Shown: positions 34,489 through 34,570 of the stretch, piece after piece
Layout of the letters: every line of letters begins with the position of its first letter
Position numbering within the stretch: the first letter of the stretch is position 1
NCBI GenBank assembly: GCA_017394925.1
Contig: JAFPWQ010000058.1
Coordinates: 1 to 34,570 of the forward strand
Length of the DNA stretch: 34,570 nt
Direction: 5' to 3'
Origin: Synergistaceae bacterium
GTDB lineage: Bacteria > Synergistota > Synergistia > Synergistales > Aminobacteriaceae
Notes under the pieces: model-generated
Database searches by the model: none
What the model was told of the DNA's origin: nothing
What the model saw: only the letters and a program-made list of their open reading frames with translations
Position numbers and translations under genes: made by a program

Positions 34489-34570
34489 TGGCGGAGACGT
34501 AGAGATTCGAACTCTAGGAACAGCAAGCTGCTCAGTTGATTTCGAGTCAACCGCCTTCGACCGCTCGGCC
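34489..34570 (-). tRNA. tRNA-Ser (anticodon CGA), with the 5' end truncated by the window edge (about 8-9 nt missing)
   Basis: The reverse complement reads GGCCGAGCGGTCGAAGGC (D arm), GTTGA-CTCGAAA-TCAAC (anticodon arm, CGA), a long variable arm (GAGCAGC-TT-GCTGTTC), TAGAG-TTCGAAT-CTCTA (T arm) and CGTCTCC-G-CCA (3' acceptor, encoded CCA ending at 34489). Confidence 0.85.

Overview
This is a 34.6-kb bacterial chromosomal segment of roughly 40% GC (by eye). I count about 33 protein genes and one partial tRNA. All family calls come from motif recognition in the supplied translations, since no searches could be run.

Gene content includes Skp/OmpH, an RND pump, an rpoZ-coaBC-priA block, an ackA-yceD-rpmF block and alaS-ruvX. 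This suggests a diderm Firmicutes-like (Negativicutes) or Synergistota-type organism, but the taxon cannot be fixed from this window.

Most of the window is housekeeping or envelope genes:
- an MBOAT plus SGNH O-acylation pair, then glgB
- an RND adaptor and permease
- an orphan binding protein, skp and queT
- priA, coaBC and rpoZ
- two tandem TerD genes
- an HxxxD acyltransferase plus a BASS transporter
- a secreted coiled-coil/TPR protein
- dnaJ, an SPFH protein, alaS and ruvX
- htpG, a TIGR04076-like protein, rpmF, yceD, ackA and a partial tRNA-Ser(CGA)

The accessory part spans about 24.78-30.17 kb. It holds a Phd/YefM-VapC toxin-antitoxin pair whose toxin is frameshifted. It also holds a restriction-modification locus: an N-terminal PD-(D/E)xK nuclease fused to an N6-adenine methyltransferase, plus a two-TRD specificity module. 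The three ORFs of that locus break exactly at a T10 tract and a T7 tract, and single-base tract changes would fuse them into one R-M-S polypeptide of about 1,116 codons (single-chain Type IIB/IIG architecture). This is my top candidate. It could be phase variation, decay or homopolymer assembly error, and only read data can separate these.

Immediately downstream of htpG is a 398-codon extremely acidic (Glu/Ser-rich) reading frame. It is interrupted by two in-frame TAA codons, and its large distal part has no canonical start codon.

Other oddities:
- a perfect (CATCGCA)x16.9 tandem repeat at the left window edge, and a 12-bp x3 direct repeat just upstream of the MBOAT operon
- a queT gene with no ATG/GTG/TTG start
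- a PriA homologue whose helicase ATPase motifs look eroded

No CRISPR array, integrase, transposase or rRNA was seen.
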